DNA of 64,000 bases from Geosiphon pyriformis uo1 (Eukaryota; Fungi; Glomeromycota). The notes beneath the pieces were generated by a model, which had not been told where the DNA came from, did no database searches, and worked only from the letters and a program-made list of their open reading frames with translations. The translations under genes were made by a program, and so were the position numbers. The stretch spans positions 508,887 to 572,886 of the forward strand of contig JAAOMT010000183.1 of the NCBI GenBank assembly GCA_016748015.1, in the 5' to 3' direction. This document shows positions 9,895 through 23,630 of the stretch, in pieces. How positions within the stretch are numbered: the stretch's first letter is position 1; each line of letters begins with the position of its first letter.

Positions 9895-11250
9895 ATGGCC
9901 AGAAGCAAAAGCCATTCAAAGAGCAAATGCAGAATTTGTTGTTGAATTTGTTCATCAAAATTTGATTTGTTGACACAAATGCCCAAAAAAATTACTATTT
10001 AACCAAAAAACTCACTTTGCAAATAGAACATTAGCAGAATTAAGTTAAAGATTTGGAATTAAAAGACCATTATTATTACCATACTATTCACAAACAAATA
10101 GTTTAGTAGAAAGATTTAATAGAACATTATGTGAAGCAATTGCCAAAATCAGCCAAGAAAACCAGAATGAATGGAATTTGTTAATACTATCAGTATTATT
10201 TGCTTATCAAACAATGAAGCAAAACACCACACAAGCAACACTATTTAAATTAGTATATAATAGAACAGCAATATTACCAGTAGAAACAAAAGTCAGCACA
10301 TATCTAACAGAACCAATAACAGAAGACAATTTTCAAGAAACATTATTAAAAAGAACATATGACTTAATAAAAACACTAGAAAACAAATGAGAAGGAGCAG
10401 CTGATAATATTCAAAAGTCACAAGAAAAACAAAAAAAAAGACACAATAACCAACTATCAGATAAACCAGTTGAATTTAAAATTGGAGACAAAATACTTTT
10501 ACATCAAACCAAAGCAAAAAAACAATAGAGTGAGAAATTTGACTCCAAATAGGACAGACCATTTTACATAGAAGAAATTTTTGAAAATAGAGCTTATAAA
10601 TTAAGATAGAACAACAAAATCTTAGCCAAAGCAGTACATAGTAATTGACTAAAACCATATTATTATATAGTATTGTTATTCACTAATAATATTCTATAAC
10701 TAGAAGTACAATAAATATTAGTTCAACCAGAGGAAATTCTACAAGATTTGAAACCAATTATAATCATTAAATCAAACACATCAAATTAAACAACCAAAAA
10801 AGTATATAAAGACATAGTATACATGACAAAAGATACCAAAAAAATAGAAATTACTAACAATATACACACACTGACACAGCAATTTTTCCAATTGATTCAA
10901 CAACAGAATATAAAAATTACCATTAACTAACAAACCATTCGATATAAAAATACAAAAAAGAGACCTCAACAAAAAAAACAGAAAAAACCAGAAACCATCA
11001 TTGACAAAATAATAACAAAAGTAAAAGTGGCAATAGAAATACAAACAAAAGATGTATTATATCAAGAGATAATGATAGAAATGTGGAATTGGTGGATACA
11101 ACAATTTCCAAGAAACTTTTGTTATTTCCACTTGAGACAACATTTGAATATTCAAAACTTATATACAGATAAAACAAAATAATTATTCAACACAACAATA
11201 TTACAACAACTTGAACAATTTGTGGAAAAAAACAATCTAATCACACAAAA
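9895..11250 (+). mobile_element. Older related Gypsy copy B (3' half of integrase + diverged ORF3), interrupted by copy A
   Basis: Resumes mid-motif (K)WPEAKAIQRANAEF immediately after A's 3' LTR; parallels 7419-8780. Confidence 0.88.
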
Positions 11251-13000
11251 GACAAATAAACCTAAAAAATCACATTTAAAAAATGAATGTTCAAAATGTC
11301 CACACTTTTTACAACAAACTAAATTCAATTTGGTCCAAAAGAATTTCATATCATTAAAAATTGGTTTTATATAAAAAGCAAATTCCAGTTTCTTATTTAA
11401 TTCAAAATTAACTACAACACAGCAAATTTTATTGTTTGTTTTAAATAACTGATTTATAATGCAAATTTTTTCACTAATTTTTTCTAACAAAATATCCAGA
11501 TCATGTGCAATTGTTTCTACAAAAAGTATAAACAAAAGAGCCTTATATTAATTTCTAGACATTTATATATTATAATTTTTTATAGTTTTAGTCACTATTA
11601 TAGGTGATTATTTGGGTGTTAAAACAAATAACAAACCTGTAACTTGGTACTCAATAGTTAAAAATATTGGTAATTTCTAAAAATTTTAGTTGAGTTTTTT
11701 GTATAATAGATAGAAATTTAATTAATGGTTTTTTTTGTAAATTTTTTTTTTAATATAATAGCCAGTTTATTTTGGCAGTTGTGTCTTTTTGGTAAGCTAT
11801 TCTTAAATTTTTATCTTTATTCCCAGATTTTTTACCAGGCTATTTTTAACATTAAATACTTAATGCTTAATTTTTTTAATCAATTAGCAAACAACAAAAA
11901 AAATAAAACAAAATAAAATAAAACAAAATAAAAAAAATAAAAAAAAATAGAAAAAAAAAATAAAAAATTAGTACTCTGTCAATAGCTGTGATTAAAAGCT
12001 ATTGGTTTAGTGTAATTAAGTATTGAATTCTATTAACATAGAATACTAATAGTATGAAATTGATTAATATTTCTTAATTAAATAATAGTAATATAAATTC
12101 AGGTAATAATTAATATTTTATTGATATGTAATTTGATTTTACTTTAAGTTATAGAAAATTACCTTTTGAAAAAAAAAATATTGGATAATTAATGAGTTGT
12201 AATTAATTCTTTTGGATCAATTCTGTCTTTTTTGTTTTTAATACTTTTGTTATATATACATAATTTTTATTATATAAGTTCTTGTATTTTTTTAAGCAAT
12301 GTGTCCTATTTTTTCTTATTACTAAGCAGTATGCCATAATTTACTAACAATATATCTATTGCTAAGCAATATGTTATAATTTTTTAATATTGTGCTTACT
12401 TATTAAATTCTATTCTCTTATTGGTCTATTTTTCTATCTGTTTTTCTTACTTTCTTTTTTGTACTTTTTTATAAGTAACATTATTTACACTAAATTTTTT
12501 TTGATAAAAAATAACTACTTAGCTATTAACAACTCTGCTTGACTCAATTTGGCAAATTTTACTACAGTTTTTTGTTACAATTTAATTAATTACAATTGGA
12601 TTGAAACAATTTGACCAAACTTAGCTACTATGACAATGATTATTTTTTTTAATGTATTTATAAAAATTTTTTTAATTATTACAATCTAATCTGAATGTAT
12701 TTCTTGTTTTTTAAGATTGTTGTTTATCTTGATGTCTTTTTTTTTAACCAATAATACAGCTTTATTTATGTTTTTTTTTGATATAAATATAAATCTAATA
12801 ATCTTTTTAAATTTTAAAAAAATAGTGGTTTCTCCAAAACTATTAATTATTGAAAAAAAATTTCTAATTACCTAAGTTTTTGTTGTTGCTGACTTGTTTT
12901 TTATTGCTAAAAAATTAATATTCAAAGCAAAAAATTTTTTAATGAGTTTTTACTATTTTAGGATTAATCTATTTTTTGTCTAAAGATAGATTAAAAAAAA
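11250..13000 (-). mobile_element. LINE ORF1 relic split by a solo LTR
   Basis: Zinc knuckle CKKCGHFEHSFFKC in ORF 11152..11535, similar to the ORF1 knuckle near 30115-30160. Right boundary approximate. Confidence 0.55.
11596..12480 (-). repeat. Solo LTR (related to the LTR at 44240-45074 and to family A)
   Basis: Reverse complement of LTR end motifs; ends ...ATAAGTAACA. Flanks TCAC / TTAT fit a 4-bp TSD after two C>T changes. Confidence 0.8.
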
Positions 13001-14088
13001 GAAAAAAAAGTTTTTTATTTTTATTTATGTTAAAGTTAATTGTACTAATAGAAAAGTTTTATTCCAAATCAGTATGAATTTTTTTAGTCTTAAGGGTTAT
13101 TACTATTAAACCAAAAAAACTATTATTATTAATAACTACTAAAACATTATTATTTTTACTATTATTAGATTTACTATCTATGTTTAAATATACACTACTA
13201 CTAGCATTAAGTTTGACCAAAAAAATATCTTTTTTATTATTAGAATACTTAATATTACTTATAAAAACTTTTTTTTTTGGAAAAAAAAACCTCTAATTAG
13301 TCTATAAAAAACTTTTTTAAATGTTTTTTTTTAGACATATTACTATCAAAAGCAGTCACTAAGTTTACTATAAAAAGATTATTCACTTATAAATATTGAA
13401 AAACAAAAACAAAAAACTTTTTTTTCAAAAAACTGCTCTTTGGAAAATTTAAACATAAAAAAAAAACTTTTTTTTTTTATATACTTTATTAAAATATAAT
13501 AAAATAAAATAAAATATAAAAAAAGTTTTTAGCAACTTTTAAAATTTATTTTTAATTAAAAAAAATGTTTAAAAAAAACCATTTTTATAATGTTTAATTT
13601 AATTGTTTTTACAACTAAAAAAACTTTTTAAGTTATTGTTTTTCTTAATTATTATATAAAAAATAAAAGTTGTTTTTTATTTTTATTAAATTATAATTAA
13701 TAATTTTTTTAATATTAAAATTAATGCAAATAACAAATTGTTTTACCAATAAATTTCAAAGCTTAAAATAAATCTTGAAAATATTATAAAATTACCATTT
13801 AATAATGTAAATTTGCTAATAACTTTTTGATATCAGATTTTTTACAACTTGCAAAAAATGACTCATAATAACGTGGGGTGTGACAACGAGAGAAATTTTC
13901 TCATCAACAAGATCAAACTCCAACCCCGCAAAAAAATTTTCACTGCTCATTAACACCTTGACTCTGCAACAGTAACGAAACCAAGTGTGGTGACTCTCAA
14001 ACGAAAAAGTCTCTTTCATTATAAACGAGACTTTTTTGACGACCTTGAAGAATTTAAATTTTACCTTGATAAAATATAGAAATCCAAC

Positions 14089-14718
14089 ATGTTAAAACAA
14101 TTTACGTCACAATCAAAGGGCAACCTCCTTCGCGCGATATTTCCACAACATAGCAGTTTCACTGCTGCTTTAACGGCTCCTAGCTACACAAGAAGCTTTT
14201 CGACCACCAGCCCGAGCTTATTGGCCACCGTTTATTTTGGTAATGTGAGTTGGAACGCAACTGAACAAGATTTTAGTGAACTTATCACAAAATATGGTGA
14301 GGTTACTGTTCGTCTGCCACGCGACGCAATGGGTCGTGTTCGTGGTTTTGCTTTCGCCGAGTTCAAAGAAGACGAAGCTGCTGAGAAAGCCATATCGGAA
14401 CTGGATGGTGCAACTTTCTTGGGTAGAGATTTGAGAGTAAGTTTGGCTCAACCAAATACGGGAGGTAGTCGAGATAGATACAGTGGTGATAGGTTCGGTG
14501 GTGGTGGTGGTGGTGGTGGTGGATACGGTTCTCCAAGAAGCTTTAGTGGCGATCGAGGTGGTGGTGGTTTTGGTGGTGGCAGACCTGGTGGCGGTGGTTT
14601 TGGTGGCAGACCTGGTGGTGATAGTTTCGGTGGTGGCAGACCTGGTGGCTTCGGTGGTGGTGGTGATCGAGGAGGTTATGGCGCACCACGTCGTGATCGA
14701 TTTGATGAGGAAGAATAA
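14089..14718 (+). CDS. Single-RRM glycine-rich RNA-binding protein, probable mitochondrial presequence, intronless
   Basis: RNP2 VYFGNV, RNP1 RGFAFAEF, GGRPGGG/RGG tail. Basic Ser/Thr-rich N-terminus without acidic residues, with RSFS cleavage-like motif. Confidence 0.9.
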   Translation: MLKQFTSQSKGNLLRAIFPQHSSFTAALTAPSYTRSFSTTSPSLLATVYFGNVSWNATEQDFSELITKYGEVTVRLPRDAMGRVRGFAFAEFKEDEAAEKAISELDGATFLGRDLRVSLAQPNTGGSRDRYSGDRFGGGGGGGGGYGSPRSFSGDRGGGGFGGGRPGGGGFGGRPGGDSFGGGRPGGFGGGGDRGGYGAPRRDRFDEEE

Positions 14719-15271
14719 TCTTGACAAAGCCTTTTTTTCTTTCACTGATAGGTAAAATTTCACATTTTCTTGAATAATTAACTACAAGCAGACTGTACAA
14801 TTCTTAAAAATCCTGTTATTTTCCCTGTGTTATCTAAGAAAATAAACTCAGCTTCTTCTTATGGGAGTAGAAAATTTTCTATAGCTCAGGAAAAAGTTTA
14901 TCAAAAGCCGATTTAACCAAAGGTGCAAGGCTATTCAAAAGCATAATGGGAATATAATATTATAGAAGCGTAAACATAAAATAGGATATTTGCGTTTCTC
15001 TTTCAAATATTATAATATTCCAATTTGGTATCATTAATAATAATAATAATAATAACATCAAAAGCTAAATTGAATTTGGAATGGAAGTCTGAACCAAATC
15101 TTTTTGAATTTTCTAAACACTAAGGTTTTTGATGTCTAATAAAACCAATTTAATTTTTATAATTATTTCAACAGTGCGTACATGTGACATTTTCCACTAA
15201 GTTAAATTTATATGATTTTTCAAGTTCAAAAATCAACAGAAAAGCCGCTCCTTATTTATTCACCCCTCAGG

Positions 15272-16534
15272 ATGTCTTACCTTAATTGTACACCTGGCAG
15301 TAAGATACTGTTAGTTGGTTCTTCAAAAACTAATCCCTCTCAGATTGAAGAAACTAGGACACAATTCATTAAACAAGTCACCGAGACAGGGGTGGTTGAT
15401 GCAAAAACCTTGGAACAATTGAATGAAGGTTTGAAAAATTATAGCTCTTTCGATCCTTTGGGAACTCGAATATTCCATTCGCTAAAAAAATTCTTTTCAA
15501 CAGATTCACTTCCTTCTTCTACATATAATGCTATCTACAGCAACAACTTTCCCCCGATCGCTTTTCAGCATTCCACCAAAGCTCTCACACACCTTGCTTC
15601 TGCTCTTCTGCCTAGTGGAGTTTTACATATCAAAGAACCAATTCTTTTAGCACCACACACTTTTCGAGAAGATTTACCTGTGATACGTACCACTCAAAAT
15701 CTCGTGAGTGAGCTTAAATTTGCTGGATTTGTGGACTTGGAGATCAAAGGCGCAGCTAGAGTTGAGGTCGAAGAAATATCCAGAATTGTCAAACAAGTTT
15801 GGGGATTTACTGATCAAGCAAAGCAAGAAGAATTGGTTGAAGCCTTGAATGGTCAATTGCATGTGGTTGCAATAGTTGCAAAGAAACCTTCTTACGAAAT
15901 CGGTGCTTCATTTACACTACCATTTTCCAAGGCCACAGAAAGTATGTTGAACACCAAGAAAATTTGCTTTGTTGAAAAATTTCACAACACTATTGAAAGA
16001 CAAAAACGCTCCTTAATGAATTCCATTATATAAGCAACGAACTTGAATAAGGCAGCTATTTGGACCCTTTCTGCCGAAGAGGATAATGAACATGCCGAGT
16101 TAGAAGATGAAGATGAATTGTTAGATGAAGAAGATTTGATAAAGCCTAAGCAGAGCTCTTTGGCTCGTAAGTTCTTCCATCATGGATTGAGCAGTATCTA
16201 TCAAAGTCATTAAATTTCCGATTTTTATTAGGACCTGACTGTGAAACCGATGGGAAGCGGAAAGCCTGCAAGAATTGTTCTTGCGGTCTGGCAGAAGAAT
16301 TAGAATTGAAGGCTAAAATTAACCAGCCCACAATCTCTTCATGTGGAAATGTTAAGTATAAGATATTGTAGAATTTACAAATTCGCATTCACTCATAAGA
16401 AATTTCTTTTTCAGTGTTATCTTGGAGATGCATTTCGGTGTTCGACTTGCCCTTCCTTGGGAATGCCGGCCTTCAAGCCAGGAGAAAAGGTTGTACTTGC
16501 CGGAAATCTGATGAAAGATGATATTGAAGTATGA
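15272..16534 (+). CDS. DRE2: Anamorsin / Fe-S cluster assembly protein Dre2 (5 exons: 15272-15428, 15504-15941, 16035-16166, 16232-16350, 16415-16534)
   Basis: Methyltransferase-like N-domain, acidic linker [56 protein letters not shown]; GT-AG introns give a continuous frame. Confidence 0.95.
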
Positions 16535-17041
16535 GTATTTATGCCACGTGATCAAAAAATATTGTCACTGATTAAACAGGGAGAAAATAATTCTAGTAAA
16601 AGATATATAGATATAATTGGTTCTAGGGTAGAAGATTTCAACGTGTTTCTAGAAACCAGAAGATTATGTTAACTAGAAAGAATCGGTAATACCTGACCAA
16701 ATTTATAAAAATTTAATAGACGTCTAGTATCAAAGTATCAGGTATCTTGAATGAATATTAACAGAGGTGGAATTATAGGTCCAGTCGGATTTTTATATTA
16801 TGCGCCGATGATACTATAATCAAAGCCAAGTTCTATTTTTACACCAATTCTTCTCGGTTTTTTTAGTTGGTTTGCACCTATCTTGCACTTTTGGGTTTTG
16901 GGCTTCGGCCCAGAAACCAACCAGCGCTCTTTGGAGCTGTGGTCTCGGGAATATTACTAAGAGATATGCGACGGAAGGGAATTATTCGCCATCCAATAAT
17001 TAGACAATTTCTGGATAATCGAAAGATTTAATTTCATTAAC

Positions 17042-18091
17042 TCACCTCAATGTCAATCGCATATCCGTCGGGTGTCTTGGAATTACATGTTTGAGAATAA
17101 ATTTTTGAGCAGAAGATGCCCCCTAAACGTCGAAAATGTTTTAAAAAAAATAGATGCCGTATTTTCATGTTGAGTAATAGTGAAGTGAATCAAATTTAAT
17201 TCATTTAAATCTTTCACCTTATCGTGATATATTGCTCCAACAAGTGCCAAAAGCGCCCTGCCAGTTGTTCGAGTCTCCCCTTTTGGAATTGCAACAAATC
17301 CTAAGGCTAAAGCATTCTGTAATTCTTGGAGATTTATCTGGTAATTTTTTGTTCAAATTAGCCATTTTAATGGTTCAAGTATACTATAATTCATTAACTT
17401 ACAGGCGTCCATCGCAATAGCTTATTCAATCCAAGTTGTTTTCCAATAAGCCCAAGAATTTTAGGATCGATATATGATTCCACACGTTCAAAAAGTTCAT
17501 TTTCCTGAACTTCGTGGTCAAGTAAGAACTCAGTTGCATATAATTGAATCACACTCTCGCCTATATATACATAAGTCCATCAGGTGATCCAAAAAGGTTG
17601 ATTGCAGAATTTACCTTTTATACAATTTACCGAGAAATTCCAGTCTTTCCATAGTTGGAACAGTTCCATGTTTATATGATCTGTGTGTGACTGCTTGAGT
17701 GAGTACGGATGGATTAGTAAAATCTACGTCGATCTTTTTGGCAAATTTTGCGTACTCTTCTGTTTCATAATCTTCGCCTCTTTCATGGGAGGATGCGAGG
17801 GATGATATGGTAGCAGCTTGTTTTATCACTTATAATATTAATAGATTGAATCAGAAGAAAATGAATTGAGCTTTGGGATTCAAACATGATAAAAACCAAA
17901 TTGGAACACGTGAATTTATCTTCCGTGGGTATTGCTGTTAGAAACAAAAAATTTATTCAACAGCGACCAAAATTGAAAGACAGCTTTATATTGGCCACAG
18001 ATTGACTCTTTGGAATGTATGAAGTATTATTCGATAGAGCTTCGATGGGCCTTTTATTAATAATAATGAAATTTTTTACTGAACTTACCAT
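17042..18091 (-). CDS. RNase III-domain protein, probably mitochondrial ribosomal protein mL57/MrpL15-like (multi-exon; ends uncertain)
   Basis: FTNPSVLTQAVTHRSY..PTMERLEFLG..V; LGLNKLLRW; ALLALVGAIYHDKG..AQKFI. Proposed ATG-only first exon at 18089-18091. A further exon towards ~16820 is possible. Confidence 0.75.
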
Positions 18092-18796
18092 AAGGAAACG
18101 ATAAAAGGGAGGGGGGTGTATGAAGTTTGCAATGAAAGGCAGGCTTCCTCGCAGTTGCCGATGCCGCTGTCCAAAGTGGTGACAATATTAATTTTGCAGT
18201 GAGGAGGTAAGCTCGATGGGGCATTTTTTATTAAAAAAAATTTATAGGTCTTTATAAGCAGTGTCCTGAAAAAATTTAATGGTCATCTGACGTCTATACA
18301 CCACCTGATTGGATCAGACAGCTCGACTGGCCTTTGTGGAATCACGCGTTGCCGAAGAAGCCAATTGGTTAAATCGATCAAAAATGCCATCAACAAAGTG
18401 GTCAACAAAATAGACATTTCCTAATTATAAAAAAATTCCCCTGACATTTCTTCCTTAGTATTGGGTATACTTCTCTTTGGAAGTTAAAACTCTAAAAATT
18501 TCTTTTGAGTGATTTTTCTTTTCAGTTGAACTCTAACGTGTTCAATCTTTTTAAGACGTTTTACGTTAAATACTTTTAGTAAGAAAACTATCATCTATAT
18601 ACAAGTTTACTTTCTTTTATAAAATCGCAGCACTCCTCAATTTCGCAATCTACCACACCTTTGCATCTTTGTAACCTCAAACATTAATTGTAAAAAGTGT
18701 TTTAAAACTTCACACTTTATAGCGATTTGCACCTCCACACCAATACATTGCTTTCTTTAAATTAGGTTCCCATTTAGGTGAACGTTTCAACTCAAA

Positions 18797-21700
18797 ATGT
18801 CTTCCGCAAGTGTAAGGCAATCAAAAGGAAGAAGACAAGAGTTCAACTCTTTTCAAAACTCCAACTCAAGGTAATTTCGATCCAAGCTCCTACTTTAAGA
18901 GGTTGATGAAACTTCTATTTTTGACCTCTCCAAAGCTTTAAACTCTATTAAATTCATACTTCATTTACCTGTAACAAGCCATACGAATCGTAATGCCAAG
19001 ACTAATAAGTGGGCATCTAATAATTCCCAACATCCTGCCAACATACCACCGCGTAATAATCAGTCGATTCCTCCAATACCACCTTCAGGAACTGCATCTT
19101 CTACCTCTAGTCATAATTTAAACACGTCTTCAATACCTACTGTTTCAAGTACACACAAATCCCTTGAAAATTCTATCCACGAAGAGGCCGCATCAAAGCA
19201 TATGCATGATCGCATGTTGTGCTTGCTCGCAAATTTTGTGGTAAGTTGCTTTAAATATTCAAACTATTATTAATGATATCAGTGATCCCTCGAGTGACAT
19301 TATAAAATATATATTCTTAGGGTATGACGGTCCAAGTCACTAGTAAGAATGGTAACAAATATGAAGGACTTTTTCACACTGCATCCACAGAAGGAGAACT
19401 TGGCGTGGTGTTGAAATTAGCCCGAAAAGTTTTGACAAAAGCAGAGGAAAAGACAAATAATATTAACAAAGTGATACCTACCTTCATTATAATGGCAAAA
19501 GATTGTATGGCAATCGAGGCCTCTGGTATCGACTTTTCTGCTTCTGAAAAGAATTATTCATCAGAACGTGAAGGTCTCGTTTTTCTCTTTTGTTATCTCT
19601 TTGTAATATATCTCCATAACTTGAAATTAATATTATTTATTACGTTAATAACAGTATTTCGAACAGATACAGATATCAGTGGCCGTGCAGAAATACGTGA
19701 AAGAGAACTACTCAAATGGAGCCCAGATGAACACGGAGGGGGTGAAGCCATTGGTGGCTTGGAATATCCTTTCTTTATTATTGAAGAAAAGACTCCTCAT
19801 TTTTTTGTTTGGTCACATAATGAAGATAATTTCCTTGACTGTTCCATACAGACGACCCGGCTCAAGAAACCGGAAATACAGTCGTTTGGGATCAGTTTGT
19901 CGCAAATGAGAAACTGTTTGGCCTGAAAACAGATTTCGATGAAGAAATTTATACAACAAAATTGGATCGTTCAAAGGCTGATTTTAAAGAACGAGAAAGA
20001 CAAGCTATCCAATTAGCGAATGAAATTACACGTGTTAGTAAATTTTTAAAGGACTACATGATCTAGAAGAACTTTTTCCTCACTTTCTTGATTTAATGAA
20101 AAATTGAAGATATTATTGGGATTCTTTTTAACCCATGCAAGACATTCATAGCTATAAAAATTTCGAGCTAGTAATTTCCGATTAAAATTTTATTTTTATT
20201 ATAGACATCGACAAACAATGTCCACATGATGGAAGAACGTGGTATCATGGTCGAAGAAAGTCATATGGATGAAGAAGACAGGTTAATATTTTTTGAAATG
20301 TTAAATATATAAATATATTTTCAAATCTTTGGTAAGTTTACATCTATTTATGGCTCTAGATACGGCGCAGTAGTTCGTATCAGGGATACGAGCAAATATA
20401 TGCCACCTGCTCTTCGTAAAATACAAGAGCAACAAAACGCAGTAAATGGGAAAAAGTCAGATCCTCCCAAAGAACCAGCCAAAGAGGTCAAATCGAAGCC
20501 TACAGCTCCAGAAGTTAAATCTCTACCTGCATCAGTCCTGGTACAACCCACTCCTCCCATTCAAAAAACCCCACCTTTTAATCTCGCACAATATCGAATT
20601 TCTCAGGATATAACACAGTTACTCAATACTCATTCCCAAAGGGTAAGAGCATCTGATTTCGTTCTGTTTTCCCTCTGCTTTGCATTTTAAATTATTTTCT
20701 TTTCCTTATGAAAGAAACATGGTATAGACGCGCGTGGTAAACCTATTGAAGGTAAAAATTTATTTATTTCATGACTGATTTTAAATAGCTAATAATAATC
20801 CTAACTGAATTTATTTCATTTAAACAAGCTCAAATAATGAACACTTTTAAACAATTTGCAAGTAATGAAAAGGAACGGCTTCAACCAAGAAAACAAGCTA
20901 TCCTCAGGAAAGAGATGGACGGTAAAGTTGCTGAATTGGCTAAATGGGGTAAAAATTTCAAGGTACCTAGATCATTTTAAAATCTTTGAATTTAAAATTA
21001 ATTTGGCTAATCCCGATTATGTACATCATTATATTACAGTTGAATTCCCCTCTGCCATCAGATTTAATACCCATTCTGACGAAGGATGAAAGCAAGAGAC
21101 AACAACTGGCTGCGAAATCCACAAAACCATCAACAGAAAAAGATAAGAACAAAGAAAAAGATAAATCACCAAAAGAAATAATCAAGGAAAAAGAAAAGGA
21201 AAAGGAAAAGGAAAAGGAAAAAGAAAAGGCTCCCACAAATACATTAGAGACGAGGTCAGAGAGTAAAAAGCATGAAATAAAAATCACAGAAGAAAAAACA
21301 AAATTGAACAGCGAGATTATTGAAGCCAAGCCAGTCTCAGATAAAGCCATTCATGAAAAACCTGGTTCTAATCAGACAGAAAAAGTTGCTACAGTATTTC
21401 CGCCCGGTAAGGTTCCATCAACAACTCCAACTAACTCTCAATTCAAACTTAATGCCAAAGCGTCGGAATGGAGACCTAACCCGAATGCTGCGACCTTTAC
21501 TCCGGTATACAATTTGTTTATTATTTATAAATCTGCATCCATCTTAACCAGCTCTGAGCTCATTCATAGCATCCTTTTGTAGACTACTCCAACCTCTAGT
21601 ACTGGTGACAAGAGGTCTCCTGGGTCTGTAAGTATGTTCGAATTCTCTTGTGGCTGACGTCAGATTTCGGTAACTCAATATCGTAATCTATTCACTTTAG

Positions 21701-22756
21701 TCACCTTTCTTCGGAAATCGGCAATTAAAAAAGAGTCCAGTCTCTTTAAAAGATAGTTTCAGCCCTTTCCAAAAAGGGAAACCATTACCTAATCCTAGTA
21801 CCATTCGTAAGTTTTTGCTAGCGATAGAATGGGTACCACCAAATTTTATTATTAATGTGGTCTTCAATTTTACATCCAGCCCCCACTTGGCCATTTGGTC
21901 AAAGACCATTTCGACACCAATTTTCAGTTACAAATAGTTTTGAGGAGGATATATATACTCAAGCTGCCGTATCCCAAGGATTTGGATTTACAGCATATCC
22001 TGTCGCACCACCATTCCGGTATCCTACTGCTACACAATATGTTAGTGTACCACAAATTACAATGCAACAAGGAGGTCCTCTGCCATATATGCAACCTGGA
22101 GTAGGTTCTAAGCGGCTCATTCAATTGTTATAATAAATTTCTTCAATTTTGACACATTTTTGTATTTTCCTATCAACAGTTTGTACCCAGCATTCCATTC
22201 ACCACTCCCCCATTACCAACAAATGGTGCACCTCGTAAGCATTTACTTCTTGATTTATCAGATCTTCATAATAATATGAACCACAATTTAACATACTTTT
22301 TTGGCAATTTGGAATACATAGCCGCCATGTATAGTCCTCAAATACCCTCAGTGATCCCACCTCGTATGTAAACTTTCCGTAATTTTGTTGAGTCTTATGC
22401 TCTGACTAAAGCTCAAATTTTGATTTTTCATTGGGCAGAGCATTTCAGCACACAAGGATTTCCTTCCCCTGGCCGTTCACCAATGGTCCCTGCTGGCATT
22501 CATCCTCAGATGTATGCTTATCAAAATCCCCACGGTAATAGTCTATGTGATTCCTTTTGTACTATTATTAACTATTAGTAGAAATAACAAATTAAATTGT
22601 ATTTTTATTCTAGCAATGCCGCCCATGATGCGTTATCCACACGAGGGTATGCCTGTTCACGTTCCCCCAAATGGTGTAATGATAGGACAACGACCGATAA
22701 TGATGGAACCACATTATGTCCAACAACCTGAAGGCGCGCCAATGGGTAACAATTAA
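18797..22756 (+). CDS. PBP1: Ataxin-2 / PAB1-binding protein homologue (many exons)
   Basis: SM-ATX (HDRML...GMTVQVTSKNGNKYEGLF), FRTDTDIS, LsmAD (WDQFVANEKLFGLKTDFDEEIYTTKLDRS...HMMEERG..MDEEDRYGAV), PAM2-like KLNAKASEWRPNPNAATFTP, Pro/Met/Gln-rich tail. Confidence 0.93.
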
Positions 22757-23630
22757 AATCCCAACCGTGTTTACCTATCCTAAAATTCATTGAGGTTTTC
22801 TGATTTAAGTTCATTCTCTCAGAAGGCATGCCAGTCTCCGAACCGGCAGCAACACAGTAATCCAAAAATCTTTATGACGAACAATATCTTGGAAACTTTT
22901 CATGGGGTATTCATGAGGAGGTTAATTATTTACGAACATTATCCTATTTTTCCGTATAGTAAACCTTATGCTATTTTTTTTGCCCTAAAACAAACTTTGC
23001 TAATTGGTACCTTGGGTTGCAAAAGCTCTTTAGGCTATTTAGTTAGTTGAAATTCATTCAATTTATAGCTCTTTCGTTAGAAGTAGTGATTTCCAATACT
23101 TTTACTTGATCGTGGATAGCTTGAGTTATGAAAAACAATCATCGGGATAGGCTAGGGTCTCGGGCAGTTGATATTTGTGGCTCGAGACCCTAACGATTTT
23201 CTCATAGGAAATAGGGATTCGGTTTTTTTTTTGCGATATCTTTCGGACCTACCGGCAAAAGTTTGTAGTTAAACTTGTTTCGAAGGCGGATTGGAGAATG
23301 ATGAAAAATTTTGGAAGAATTCAGCTCATTTAAAGCAGTTGAGAAAATAAAAACCAAGTGCTACCATTTCACATCTCTGAATGTATTTTCTCGTATCATT
23401 AGGTACGTTAGAAAAGTCCATTTAATATTTGGAAAACTAGTGATTCAGGATGAATTCGAACAAATTTAGTTGATTGTTTTTCTGCGAATACTGGCATTTT
23501 GGTTGTACTCTCTTGCTGTTTTAATCAAGTCTAATTTTTGGAATTTGATATTTTACAATTTGTTATGAAAGTTACTCAAGAACTGATGCAGAAAAAACAA
23601 TTGTAATATAGGTAAAAATTAACTGGAAAG

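Noticed and set aside
14218-14800. Overlapping Thr-rich, Val-rich and His-rich ORFs
   Set aside because: Shadow frames of the GGT repeats encoding the Gly-rich tail.
20967-21350. Antisense Phe/Ser-repeat hydrophobic ORF
   Set aside because: Reverse frame of the (GAAAAG)n Lys-Glu repeat in PBP1.
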